Shown one piece after another: positions 9,949-18,727 of a stretch of 40,230 bases of DNA; within the stretch, counting starts at the first letter, position 1, and every line of letters starts with the position of its first letter. The DNA lies in the sequence record DRR378314_2561, one strand, 5' to 3'. Made by a program: the position numbers and the translations under genes. A model generated the notes under the pieces. That model searched no databases. It was not told the DNA's origin and was given only the letters and a program-made list of their open reading frames with translations.

Positions 9949-12519
9949 ATGAAACGGCAAAATTCCAAAGAAGAAAAAGCTTCCTCCCTTTTGTTTGAGG
10001 GTGACCGAAAGCTACGGACGTTGGTGGAAAACCTCCCGGGCATTGTATTTCGCTGTAAGAACGATTCGGACAGAACCATGCAGTTCATCAGCAATGAGTG
10101 CAAATGCGTCACAGGATATTGGCCCGAACAATTTTGCAAGTCAGATGGAATCGCTTGGGGAAGTCTGATTCACCCCATGGACAAGGATGATGTATGGAAC
10201 GCGGTACAATTGGCCTTGGGCAAAAACGAAAAGTTTCAGTTGAAATACCGGATAATAGATAAAGAGGGGAAGATTCACTGGATCAGTGAAACCGGAATTG
10301 CAGTGGAAAAAAAAGAAGGCACGGCCTATCTGGAAGGATATATGCAAGATATCACCACCCAAATCATGGGCGGCAACATCAATGTTATCAAGGAGAGGGC
10401 CTTGGATGAGGTAGGGAATGGAATCATCATAGCAAATGCGCAACTCAAACAATTTCCCATTATCCATGTCAACCAGGCTTTTGAAAGAATAACCGGTTAC
10501 TCCAAGGAAGAAGTCGTTGGAAAAAATTGTAATTTTCTTCAAAGTGATGACCGCCAGCAAAAGGAAATCCAAATCATTCGAGATGCACTCGCGACCCAAT
10601 CTCCTTGCCATGTGGAGATACGAAATTACGGGAAAGATGGGACCATGTTCTGGAATGAACTATCTATTACCCCAGTACGGAACCTCAATGGGGAAACCAC
10701 ACATTTTATAGGTATTCAAAACGACATTACGGAAAGAAAGAACCTAGAGTTTTTAAGAAAAGGCAAGAATGACATTTTTGAAATGATCATAAAAAAAAGG
10801 CCCCTGCCCGAAATTTTTGACCGTGTTCAAGAAGTGCTGGAGCAACAAATACGTATAGGTACCGTGGCAATCACTCTATATGATGATGCCAAACAAATGC
10901 CCAAGAGGGTTTCTGGAAGTAAAACACACCCTGCAATTGGCAAGGTCATGGACCAAATTTTAGCTATATCGGATTCTTGTCCCTGTATACGGGCCATACA
11001 GTCCAAAAAAAGAGCAAGGGTCGCCAATATTCTGGACGAACCTTCATGGTCCAAGTACCGGTCCGAATTGACCAAGGCTGGTTTCAAATCCATCAGTTCC
11101 TCCCCTATTTTAGATGCTGATAATCACATTCTAGCCGTTTTATCCGCTTTTTACCCTTCTGAACACCATCCTTACTTTGAAAAGGAAGAATTGGTCGATG
11201 AGATGGTCGGTCTTATCGGTTTGGCCATTGAACAAAAGAAGATTCGCGAAAAATTGCAAACGAATCAAAAGCATTTGGAGACTTATTCCAAAGGGTTGGA
11301 AAAACAAGTTGAGCAACGCAACAAAGACCTGAAAAAGATTCTGGATGAATTGACGGTAACAAATTTTGAGCTTATTGAGCAAGTTACAGATGCCAACGCT
11401 GCCAAGACAAGGGCAGAAATACAGGAAAGCATGCTTTTGGCCATCACCCAAAATTTCCCAAAAGGTGCTATTATACTGGTGGACAAGCAAATGCAAATCA
11501 ATTTTATAAAGGGTGCAGAGTTGAAACATCTCCAAGATCAGGTTTATTCAAAAAAAGCATCAACCATAATGGAATTTGATGGATTGTCAACAAGCAGTAA
11601 ACGCCTTTTGAAATATCACATGATCCAGGCCCTAAAAGGCAAACATCTAAGTTTTGAAATCGAGTATAAGAACAGTAATTATATAATCAACACCACTCCC
11701 ATATTGTCTAAAGATGGTGAAGTTACCCATGCAGTACTCGTTCTATTAAATATATCAGAGAGAAAACGAAACGAGGAGAGAATCCTTAAAAACCTAAAAA
11801 AGGAAAAGGAACTAAGTGAGCTCAAGACCAGATTCATCAGTACTGCTTCCCATGAGTTCAGGACACCTCTGAGCATTATTCTGTCTTCAACTTCATTGAT
11901 AGAAAAACTCAACGGGCCTGAAAAAACAGAAAGGCGTTTGTTCCATTTGGAAAGAATAAAAACCAATGTGGAACATCTGGTAAACATACTGAACGATTTT
12001 CTATCGCTCACCAAATTAGAGGAAGGGGAAACCAAACCCACCCCTGAATTTTTTGACTTATTACAATTGTCAAAATCCTTGATCCAGCAAATGGAAGTGA
12101 ATACAAAAAACGGTCAGAGCATTGTTTTGGAGTGCTACCATTCAAAGATGGAGATTTACCTGGATCCCAAACTGGTGCAACACATACTGCTGAACCTCAT
12201 AAGCAATGCCATTAAATATTCTGATGAAAACCAACCCATTATCCTAAGGATTGAGGAAGAATCGCAAAAGGTAAAAATCCAGGTGATCGATCAGGGTATA
12301 GGAATACCTGAAGAGGACAAACCGTATCTTTTTCGACGGTTCTTCAGGGCGAGAAATAGCATTAATGTTCAAGGGACCGGGCTTGGGCTGCACATTGTAA
12401 AATCATATACGGAATTAATGAGAGGAGAACTATGGTATGAAAGTAAGGAGAACCATGGTACCTCTTTCGAATTAAAGTTTCCTAAACACTATAAAAATGA
12501 AAAAAGTATTGGTAATTGA
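9949..12519 (+). CDS. Cytoplasmic sensor histidine kinase: PAS - LOV-type PAS - GAF - coiled coil - PAS-like - HisKA - HATPase
   Basis: No TM segment; GKNCNFLQ..RNYGKDGTMFWN..FIGIQND; H-box ASHEFRTPL; N-box NLISNAIKYS; DQGIGI; GTGLGL. Confidence 0.93.
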   Translation: MKRQNSKEEKASSLLFEGDRKLRTLVENLPGIVFRCKNDSDRTMQFISNECKCVTGYWPEQFCKSDGIAWGSLIHPMDKDDVWNAVQLALGKNEKFQLKYRIIDKEGKIHWISETGIAVEKKEGTAYLEGYMQDITTQIMGGNINVIKERALDEVGNGIIIANAQLKQFPIIHVNQAFERITGYSKEEVVGKNCNFLQSDDRQQKEIQIIRDALATQSPCHVEIRNYGKDGTMFWNELSITPVRNLNGETTHFIGIQNDITERKNLEFLRKGKNDIFEMIIKKRPLPEIFDRVQEVLEQQIRIGTVAITLYDDAKQMPKRVSGSKTHPAIGKVMDQILAISDSCPCIRAIQSKKRARVANILDEPSWSKYRSELTKAGFKSISSSPILDADNHILAVLSAFYPSEHHPYFEKEELVDEMVGLIGLAIEQKKIREKLQTNQKHLETYSKGLEKQVEQRNKDLKKILDELTVTNFELIEQVTDANAAKTRAEIQESMLLAITQNFPKGAIILVDKQMQINFIKGAELKHLQDQVYSKKASTIMEFDGLSTSSKRLLKYHMIQALKGKHLSFEIEYKNSNYIINTTPILSKDGEVTHAVLVLLNISERKRNEERILKNLKKEKELSELKTRFISTASHEFRTPLSIILSSTSLIEKLNGPEKTERRLFHLERIKTNVEHLVNILNDFLSLTKLEEGETKPTPEFFDLLQLSKSLIQQMEVNTKNGQSIVLECYHSKMEIYLDPKLVQHILLNLISNAIKYSDENQPIILRIEEESQKVKIQVIDQGIGIPEEDKPYLFRRFFRARNSINVQGTGLGLHIVKSYTELMRGELWYESKENHGTSFELKFPKHYKNEKSIGN

Positions 12520-13576
12520 AGACAACAGGGAGGTCCGCGAGAACACGGTGGAAATTCTTGAGTTGGCCAACTATAACGTAATAGCTGCGGCCAATGGCAG
12601 GGCAGGCATCCAAATGGCCATGGAACATCTACCCGATATCATCATCAGCGACATAGTAATGCCCGAAGCAAATGGATATACCGTACTGGAAGTCTTGAGC
12701 CAAAACAGCGATACAGCAAACATTCCCTTTATTTTTTTAAGCGCCAAAGACAAGAAGGAAGATATAAGAATGGGGATGAGCCTTGGAGCCGATGATTATA
12801 TTTATAAACCTTATCGGTCACAGGAACTATTGGATGCCGTGGAAATGCGGATAAAGAAACATAACTTTATCCAGCAAAAGTTTTCAAAGACCCCAGTCGG
12901 CATCAACCATTTTTTTAAGGAGGTATCCGAATATCTGGGAAAAGAACTCATTTCCAAAGAAAGGGAACCCCAACTTTTTAAGGATAGGGAGAGAATCTAT
13001 CAAGAAGGGAACGCTGCACATTATCTCTATTTTATAGAAGATGGAAACATAAAGACTTTTAGGGGCACGGAAAGCGGCAAAGAAATGATTACCGGACTAT
13101 ATGGGCCCGGGGACTTTGTAGGGCAACTATCTTTGTTGGGAAGTGGCGGCACTTATCTAGAAACGGCCATCGTAATGGAACATGCCAAAGTACTCGGCAT
13201 TCCCAAGGAAGATTTTATTCACCTGGTATACCAGGACAAGGAAGTGGCGAATAAATTCCTTGGCATTATCTCCAACAATATGATCGACCTACAAGGAAAA
13301 TTGATAGACATCGCCTATTCATCTGTGGATCGGCGGGCAGCAAAAGCCCTGCTGGAACTTCACGAAAAGGGCATCCTTAAAGATGAGCATCATAAAGGTG
13401 TGGATATGCTTCGGGAAGATTTTGCCTCTTTGATCGGTGTAGCCAAGGAAACCGCCATCAGGACACTTACCAAATTCAGGGAAATTGGTCTTGTAGGTAC
13501 TGATAAAAAGAGGAAACTTACCATATTGGATATTGACCGTTTAAAACGTATCGCAGATTTTGAAGGTATGCTTTGA
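12497..13576 (+). CDS. Response regulator with receiver + Crp/Fnr-type effector and HTH domain
   Basis: VIED, PDIIISD(52), FLSAK, YIYKP; Crp beta-roll IYQEG..LYFIEDGNIK..GDFVG; HTH REDFASLIGVAKETAIRTL; overlaps kinase stop. Confidence 0.93.
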   Translation: MKKVLVIEDNREVRENTVEILELANYNVIAAANGRAGIQMAMEHLPDIIISDIVMPEANGYTVLEVLSQNSDTANIPFIFLSAKDKKEDIRMGMSLGADDYIYKPYRSQELLDAVEMRIKKHNFIQQKFSKTPVGINHFFKEVSEYLGKELISKEREPQLFKDRERIYQEGNAAHYLYFIEDGNIKTFRGTESGKEMITGLYGPGDFVGQLSLLGSGGTYLETAIVMEHAKVLGIPKEDFIHLVYQDKEVANKFLGIISNNMIDLQGKLIDIAYSSVDRRAAKALLELHEKGILKDEHHKGVDMLREDFASLIGVAKETAIRTLTKFREIGLVGTDKKRKLTILDIDRLKRIADFEGML

Positions 13577-13643
13577 TCCAAGATTATCCTATAAATATTT
13601 AAGTGGAACCTATGGGTCAAAAATAAATTATAGTGATCGGGAT

Positions 13644-14633
13644 TCAATCCTTCTGTTTATTTGCCTTCTCTTTTTCCTTTTCCATTTTTCGAAAGTATCT
13701 TCTAGTCAAAAAATTGTGTTTTAAGGCTTCCATATTTTCATTGAATTTATCTGTCCCCTGTTCAATGTTGCGCATTGTTTGCATAAGGAGATTGGCCATG
13801 GTCGTATCTTTGGATACCAAATGGAGCATCCCCTCCCCTGTGTTCAAACCATCGATAAGCTGGGTCAGGTCTTCGGTCATTTGCCTTATTTGGATACTTG
13901 AGGTCTCCAAATTTTCAATGCTGCTCTTAATATTTGCAGCCGCCAAGGTATCCGACAGTATTACCCCGGCAACACTTTCATCCATATCAATTTTTCCCAC
14001 AATGACCTCTAGTTCGGAGAGTGTGCTATTTGCATGATTGCTGCTCCGCTCAAGATTTTTTATGATACGCTGCAAGTCCTGTACCATCAACGTATCATTG
14101 AGCAGGCGACCCAAAACCCCTTTTCCCTCCATCACGGATTGGGTAACCTTCAAAAGATTGGATGTCAGCAAAGCTGCATTTTCGTTTGTAACATTGAGTG
14201 TGCTGAGCATATCTTGGGATGAAATCCTACTATATGATTGGAGCTCGTCACCGTTCTGCACCAACTCCGCTTCTCCTCCACTTGGAACAATGTTCACCAA
14301 CATGCTGCCCACCAAACCATCGGAGCCTATTGTGGCAATGGCATTTTTCTTAATATGGTTCCGCATTTTGTCTTCGATGGTCATATAGACATAAATGGTA
14401 GTGTCGTTCATCATATCGATACGGTTGACCGTACCAATATTGATACCTGAAAATCGAACATTGTTCCCATTTTGAAGCCCATTCACATTTTTGAAAACAG
14501 CACTTAAGGTAAAGTTTTTGACAAACATGTTCTGTCGGTTGCCAATAAGATAGGCTGCTATGAGCAACAGTAAGGTTCCGACCACCACAAAGATGCCCAA
14601 TCTTATATTTTCTGAAGAAGTTTTTGAAGCCAT
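13644..14633 (-). CDS. mlaD: MCE/MlaD family protein
   Basis: IRLGIFVVVG TM, FKNVNGLQNGNNVRFSGINIGTV, IGSDGLVG, helical C-terminus. Confidence 0.88.
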   Translation of the reverse strand: MASKTSSENIRLGIFVVVGTLLLLIAAYLIGNRQNMFVKNFTLSAVFKNVNGLQNGNNVRFSGINIGTVNRIDMMNDTTIYVYMTIEDKMRNHIKKNAIATIGSDGLVGSMLVNIVPSGGEAELVQNGDELQSYSRISSQDMLSTLNVTNENAALLTSNLLKVTQSVMEGKGVLGRLLNDTLMVQDLQRIIKNLERSSNHANSTLSELEVIVGKIDMDESVAGVILSDTLAAANIKSSIENLETSSIQIRQMTEDLTQLIDGLNTGEGMLHLVSKDTTMANLLMQTMRNIEQGTDKFNENMEALKHNFLTRRYFRKMEKEKEKANKQKD

Positions 14634-14634
14634 A

Positions 14635-15414
14635 TCACTTTTTAAAAAATGCGTTTACCATAGGGTCCGACGACGCCAACAGTTCCCCATAGGTGCCTTC
14701 GGCATAATTTGTTCCATCCACCAGCAAGATCATCCGTTCCGAAACGACCCTTGCACAGTCTACATCATGGGTAATGATCAGGGCCGAAGTGCCATATTTT
14801 TTTTGGATGTTCCGCATCAACTCGATGATTTCCTTTGCTGTTATGGGATCCAATCCACTGGTGGGCTCATCGTACATAATCAATTTTGGTCTTAAAATAA
14901 TCGCCCTGGCCAAGGCAACCCGCCTTTTCATTCCCCCGGACAGTTCAGCGGGCATCAAATCCAGAGTATGCGCCAAGCCCACATTCTCCAAAGCTTCCAT
15001 AACATACGGAAGCGTATCCTGGTCTTTACCAAATTTATTCCTGTGCCTTCGCATGGGAAATTCCAGATTTTCGCGCACCGTCATGGAATCGTACAGGGCA
15101 CTCCCTTGAAAAAGGAACCCGATATTGGAGCGAAGCTCATCCAAAGCATGCTGGTCCAAAGTACTTATCTCCTTACCAAGAACTTCCACATAGCCCTGAC
15201 CTGGAGTGATGAGCCCTACCATACACTTGATCAGCACAGACTTGCCCGAACCGGATTTTCCCATGACCACCAAGTTTTCCCCTTTGTGCAAAACCATGTT
15301 GAACCCTTTCAGCACATGGTTGTCGCCAAAACTGATGTGGAGATCTTCAATCTTGATTACCAAATCATCATCAACCTTGGCCTTTCCCGTGATTTGTTCT
15401 TGCCTTCCCATCAT
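14635..15414 (-). CDS. mlaF: MlaF-type ABC ATPase
   Basis: GKSGSGKS, IGFLFQGSALYDSMTV, LSGGMKRRVALAR, YDEPTSGLDP. Confidence 0.9.
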   Translation of the reverse strand: MMGRQEQITGKAKVDDDLVIKIEDLHISFGDNHVLKGFNMVLHKGENLVVMGKSGSGKSVLIKCMVGLITPGQGYVEVLGKEISTLDQHALDELRSNIGFLFQGSALYDSMTVRENLEFPMRRHRNKFGKDQDTLPYVMEALENVGLAHTLDLMPAELSGGMKRRVALARAIILRPKLIMYDEPTSGLDPITAKEIIELMRNIQKKYGTSALIITHDVDCARVVSERMILLVDGTNYAEGTYGELLASSDPMVNAFFKK

Positions 15415-16181
15415 AGCTCATAAAATATATCAGAAACAAAAACGGCAATGAAATCGACCACGAACAAGAGCAGGGATGCCATGACCACGGCAGAATTTGC
15501 TGCTATTCCCACCCCTGCGGTCCCCTTATCCGAGTTATATCCTTTGTAACAGCCCGTTAGCCCAATAACAAATCCAAAGAAAAAGGACTTGATCGTCGCT
15601 GGTACCAAATCCCCGAAGGAGAGTGCATCAAAAACCGTGTTGAAATACAACCTAAAGGAGACATCCCCTTTCATGTTTTCTACGAGAGAGGAACCATAAA
15701 GGGCTACCAAATCCCCAAAAATGACCAGCAAGGGAAGCATGAGCGTAGCGGCCCAAATGCGGGTCACCACCAAATATTTGAAGGGATTGGTGCCCGAAAC
15801 CTCCATCGCATCTATCTGCTCCGTGACCCGCATGGAACCGAGCTCTGCACCAAAACCGGAAGCTATACGGCCCGAACAGATCAGGGCGGTGATCACGGGG
15901 CCAATTTCACGGACTATGGAAATCCCTACCATGTTGGGCATCCAGGAAACGGCCCCAAATTCTATGAGCGTGGGCCTAGATTGTAGGGTCAGTACCAGAC
16001 CAATGATAAAACCTGTGGCCATCACCAAGAGCAGGGACCTATTCCCCACTTGGTAACATTGTCTCAACAATTCCTTGAATTCGAATGGAGGGTTCAGGGC
16101 CTGTCTAAAAAAACGGCCTGCAAAATGGGAAAGGCTACCCACCTCTTTAAAAAAAAGTTTGGTCCTTTCCATAATTTTCAT
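15411..16181 (-). CDS. mlaE: MlaE-type ABC permease
   Basis: REIGPVITAL, GAELGSMRVTEQIDAMEV, GTAGVG. Start placed at 16181 (or 16172) because the promoter lies at 16206-16249. Confidence 0.9.
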   Translation of the reverse strand: MKIMERTKLFFKEVGSLSHFAGRFFRQALNPPFEFKELLRQCYQVGNRSLLLVMATGFIIGLVLTLQSRPTLIEFGAVSWMPNMVGISIVREIGPVITALICSGRIASGFGAELGSMRVTEQIDAMEVSGTNPFKYLVVTRIWAATLMLPLLVIFGDLVALYGSSLVENMKGDVSFRLYFNTVFDALSFGDLVPATIKSFFFGFVIGLTGCYKGYNSDKGTAGVGIAANSAVVMASLLLFVVDFIAVFVSDIFYEL

Positions 16182-16205
16182 GGGAATTGCCAAGTCTTCC
16201 ATACT

Positions 16206-16249
16206 CAAAAATAGGTTGGCAAAACCGGTGCTGAAATGACGGTTATCAT
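16206..16249 (-). promoter_or_regulatory. Regulon box + -7 element for mlaEFD
   Basis: ATGACGGTTATCAT 16236-16249; 22 nt; perfect TATTTTTG on minus strand 16206-16213. Confidence 0.82.
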
Positions 16250-16376
16250 AAAAACCATCATCCGTGTTGAAGGTCAACTGCTTTTATGAAGCATTGGACC
16301 TTTTGTCCATCAGCAAACATAACTTCCAAAACCTTGTCCGATGATGGAACCTTTACCGCAACAAATCGTTATTTTT

Positions 16377-16763
16377 TTACATGTACTGTGACAAGAATCG
16401 AAAAAATTCCTTTTTCAAATCTGCATAGATTTGCCGCTGTTCTTCCATTTTTTTTCGGAAATCAGAATGGTTTTTGACCAAAATGGTATCCAGTGCAGGC
16501 CTGCCTGTCCTTTCTTGGGCCGCTATGTTTGTTTCATGGACCTGTATTTCTTCCTGAAGCTTTTCGATGACGCCATTGTAGAGCATGAACTCGTTTTGGT
16601 AGTGTTCCAATTTTTGGAGCACCTCCTTTTTGGTCCATCGGTTTACCAATTCATCCAAACGAAGGTTGAACGATTTCAACTCATCTTTCCAAAAGGCAAG
16701 TTCGGAATCCCACTGTTTGTGTTCAAAATGCAGGTCACTGTTGTCTATGATTACTTTTTCCAT
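16377..16763 (-). CDS. Hypothetical helical protein
   Basis: 128-aa charged helical ORF (LHFEHKQWDSELAFWKDEL) with its own box promoter. Confidence 0.8.
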   Translation of the reverse strand: MEKVIIDNSDLHFEHKQWDSELAFWKDELKSFNLRLDELVNRWTKKEVLQKLEHYQNEFMLYNGVIEKLQEEIQVHETNIAAQERTGRPALDTILVKNHSDFRKKMEEQRQIYADLKKEFFRFLSQYM

Positions 16764-16790
16764 GATAATTAACCACTTAATGTTCTATCC

Positions 16791-16864
16791 CAAAACTATC
16801 CTATCCCATGCTTTCATGGAATGATCTGGATCATTTTTCTGGGACTCTCCTTTACATTACTTTG
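16791..16864. promoter_or_regulatory. Single box serving two divergent promoters
   Basis: ATGATCTGGATCAT 16821-16834; TAGTTTTG (minus, 16791-16798) and TTACTTTG (plus, 16857-16864), both 22 nt away. Confidence 0.82.
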
Positions 16865-16884
16865 TCTTATTAAATGAAAATATC

Positions 16885-17265
16885 ATGAAGAGAATTTGGT
16901 CATACACAGCAATTGTCCTATTGTTTATGGCAGTGCAGGGCTGTAGTCCGGTGTTGGTTTCGCACAATTTGGCAGACCCTCCCCCACCCTGGTTTTACCC
17001 GAATAGGATCGAGACTGTTAGATATGTATATTTTCCAGAACTGAGCATTTATTATGATTTATCGGCCAGAACCTACATTTATTGGGATGGTGGGGTATGG
17101 ATAAGGAGAAAGGTATTACCGCCCCGTTACCGTACACAAGACTTGAACCGATCTCGATATGAACGCATTAGGAATTATTATGAGGACGACATTAGGCGGT
17201 ATCACGATCAGAATAATGCGGACAGAGGAAGGAGCAATAAAAGTGTTGGAAGAAGAAACAAATAA
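16885..17265 (+). CDS. Hypothetical lipoprotein
   Basis: Signal peptide ending VQGC, PPPPWF, Tyr/Trp-rich RYVYFP..YYD..YIYWDGGVW. Confidence 0.75.
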   Translation: MKRIWSYTAIVLLFMAVQGCSPVLVSHNLADPPPPWFYPNRIETVRYVYFPELSIYYDLSARTYIYWDGGVWIRRKVLPPRYRTQDLNRSRYERIRNYYEDDIRRYHDQNNADRGRSNKSVGRRNK

Positions 17266-17281
17266 GTCACAAACACCTTCT

Positions 17282-17470
17282 TCAACCATTGAAACTCCTA
17301 TTAAACCTGCGGGCTTGCAAAATTTGGTCTGCTTTGCTGCCGTCCCTGTAGATGGTGATTATTTTCAACCCATATTCCCAAATGGTCCTGTACATCTTCG
17401 AAACGGTTTCCGCTCCCGTTTCTTTGGACAGGTCTATGGTTTTGAACGTTTCTCGGGTTCTTGGGGTATT
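17282..17470 (-). pseudogene. C-terminal remnant of a class II (NrdJ/NrdZ-type) ribonucleotide reductase
   Basis: Frame between stops translates FKTIDLSKETGAETVSKMYRTIWEYGLKIITIYRDGSKADQILQ, matching the RNR C-terminal pattern SKTIN..Y..AW..GLKGITIYRDGS..QVL. Confidence 0.72.
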
Positions 17471-17553
17471 TCAACGATAGCTCTTTTTCAATCCTTGGCC
17501 AATATATCGCTTGGAGCATTTCGAAGGCCTTGCGTGTAAGTTTCATGCCATCC

Positions 17554-17580
17554 AAAATGGGAGCTGATTCTTCCCATTTT
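17554..17580. terminator. Probable bidirectional terminator between convergent genes
   Basis: AAAATGGGAG-ctgattc-TTCCCATTTT. Confidence 0.5.
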
Positions 17581-17661
17581 CTAAAATGACTTTTTTACGG
17601 AACATCTCGTGCAAACCAAATCTCCCTTTGCGAAAATCAAGTAGAAAGCCCTCGTTGGTCA

Positions 17662-18204
17662 TCATCTGTATTGAGGGGCTTGGCTCTTTTCACGAGGCAA
17701 TAAGGAATCCAATTTTAACAGTATCCAATCCTTGTAAAGGAACATATCCTTGATAATGGAAGCTCCCGCGAGACCATCTACACCTTCTATACTGTTGTTT
17801 CCCTCTCCGGATGTAGCGAACACAACCACTTTTTCAAGATGGTCCCTATTCTTTTCCACAAAGGCCACCACATCTTCCGGTGCACTTCCATATTCCCAAG
17901 TATGTAAAATCAGTGTGGCATTGAACTCGGCAGGAACTATCCCTTGAAGCTCAGAGACATCAATGATCTTGATGAAAACAGAATCATTTTTGTAATAGCG
18001 AACAACATTCCGAACCAAGGAGTCCTTAAAGGCACTGCCCTGTGTTGCAATGAGCAGTTTCTTATCAAACGTTTGCGAATACATAGTGTATGGTTCCACA
18101 ACATCCATCGAATACCTGCTCTTGTACCAAACAGCCAGTAAAAAGAAAAGGACCATGGCACCAATCAATATCCAAACCACTACTTTGTACCGTTTAATTT
18201 TCAT
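17662..18204 (-). CDS. Membrane-anchored hypothetical protein, probable flavodoxin-like fold
   Basis: N-terminal TM then alternating beta/alpha pattern (KLLIATQGS, ATLILHTWE, VVVFATSG). Confidence 0.7.
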   Translation of the reverse strand: MKIKRYKVVVWILIGAMVLFFLLAVWYKSRYSMDVVEPYTMYSQTFDKKLLIATQGSAFKDSLVRNVVRYYKNDSVFIKIIDVSELQGIVPAEFNATLILHTWEYGSAPEDVVAFVEKNRDHLEKVVVFATSGEGNNSIEGVDGLAGASIIKDMFLYKDWILLKLDSLLPREKSQAPQYR

Positions 18205-18230
18205 GGGGCCATTTTTTTCTTTTGTTTGTT

Positions 18231-18446
18231 TTAAGGTTCATTTTTATGGGTTTTCACATGATGATCTAGCAACTCTTGTAAACTTTGCAGATAAGATTCC
18301 ATCACTTCTTTGTTCATTTCTGGATGTGGTAATAGAGGAAGGGTAATCGGATTTTCGTCCAAAAATTGATACAATTCCGGATATTGTGATTCCATAGTAT
18401 TGGTCAACATGGTAATCCTGTCCAATATGGAGTTCAACTCTCTCAT
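18231..18446 (-). CDS. Small hypothetical protein (71 aa)
   Basis: MRELNSILDRITMLTNTMESQYPELYQFLDENPITLP; ATG 18446; own box promoter. Confidence 0.75.
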   Translation of the reverse strand: MRELNSILDRITMLTNTMESQYPELYQFLDENPITLPLLPHPEMNKEVMESYLQSLQELLDHHVKTHKNEP

Positions 18447-18506
18447 AGTTTTAGGCAACTTTTAACTAGAATGTACTTTACACGCTTTCTCAGGATAATG
18501 ATTCAA

Positions 18507-18550
18507 TAAAAATAACGGCTGGGATATTCTTTGAAAATGATCTTCATCAT
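18507..18550 (-). promoter_or_regulatory. Regulon box + -7 element
   Basis: ATGATCTTCATCAT 18537-18550; 22 nt; TATTTTTA on minus strand 18507-18514. Confidence 0.8.
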
Positions 18551-18569
18551 ACCAAAATGGATACCTTGA

Positions 18570-18613
18570 ATGATGAACATCATTGATAGCAGTAGGCGTT
18601 TACTTTAACTTTC
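18570..18613 (+). promoter_or_regulatory. Regulon box + -7 element for hydrolase-PRTase
   Basis: ATGATGAACATCAT 18570-18583; 22 nt; TAACTTTC 18606-18613. Confidence 0.8.
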
Positions 18614-18727
18614 CATTCATATTGGGCACGGCGTAATGTAGGTCATTTTTTCCGCCTCCTTTTTTTATGTGATGCTGAAAATTACAATACTGTAAGAAAC
18701 CATGGGCTTCAAGCAAAGAGAAAAAAC

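Noticed and set aside
17159-17555. ORFs 17159-17539 (+) and 17301-17555 (-)
   Set aside because: No motifs; the region is better explained by the RNR remnant in another frame
18633-18646. GTAATGTAGGTCAT half-box
   Set aside because: Left half broken (TAA) and no -7 element at 22 nt
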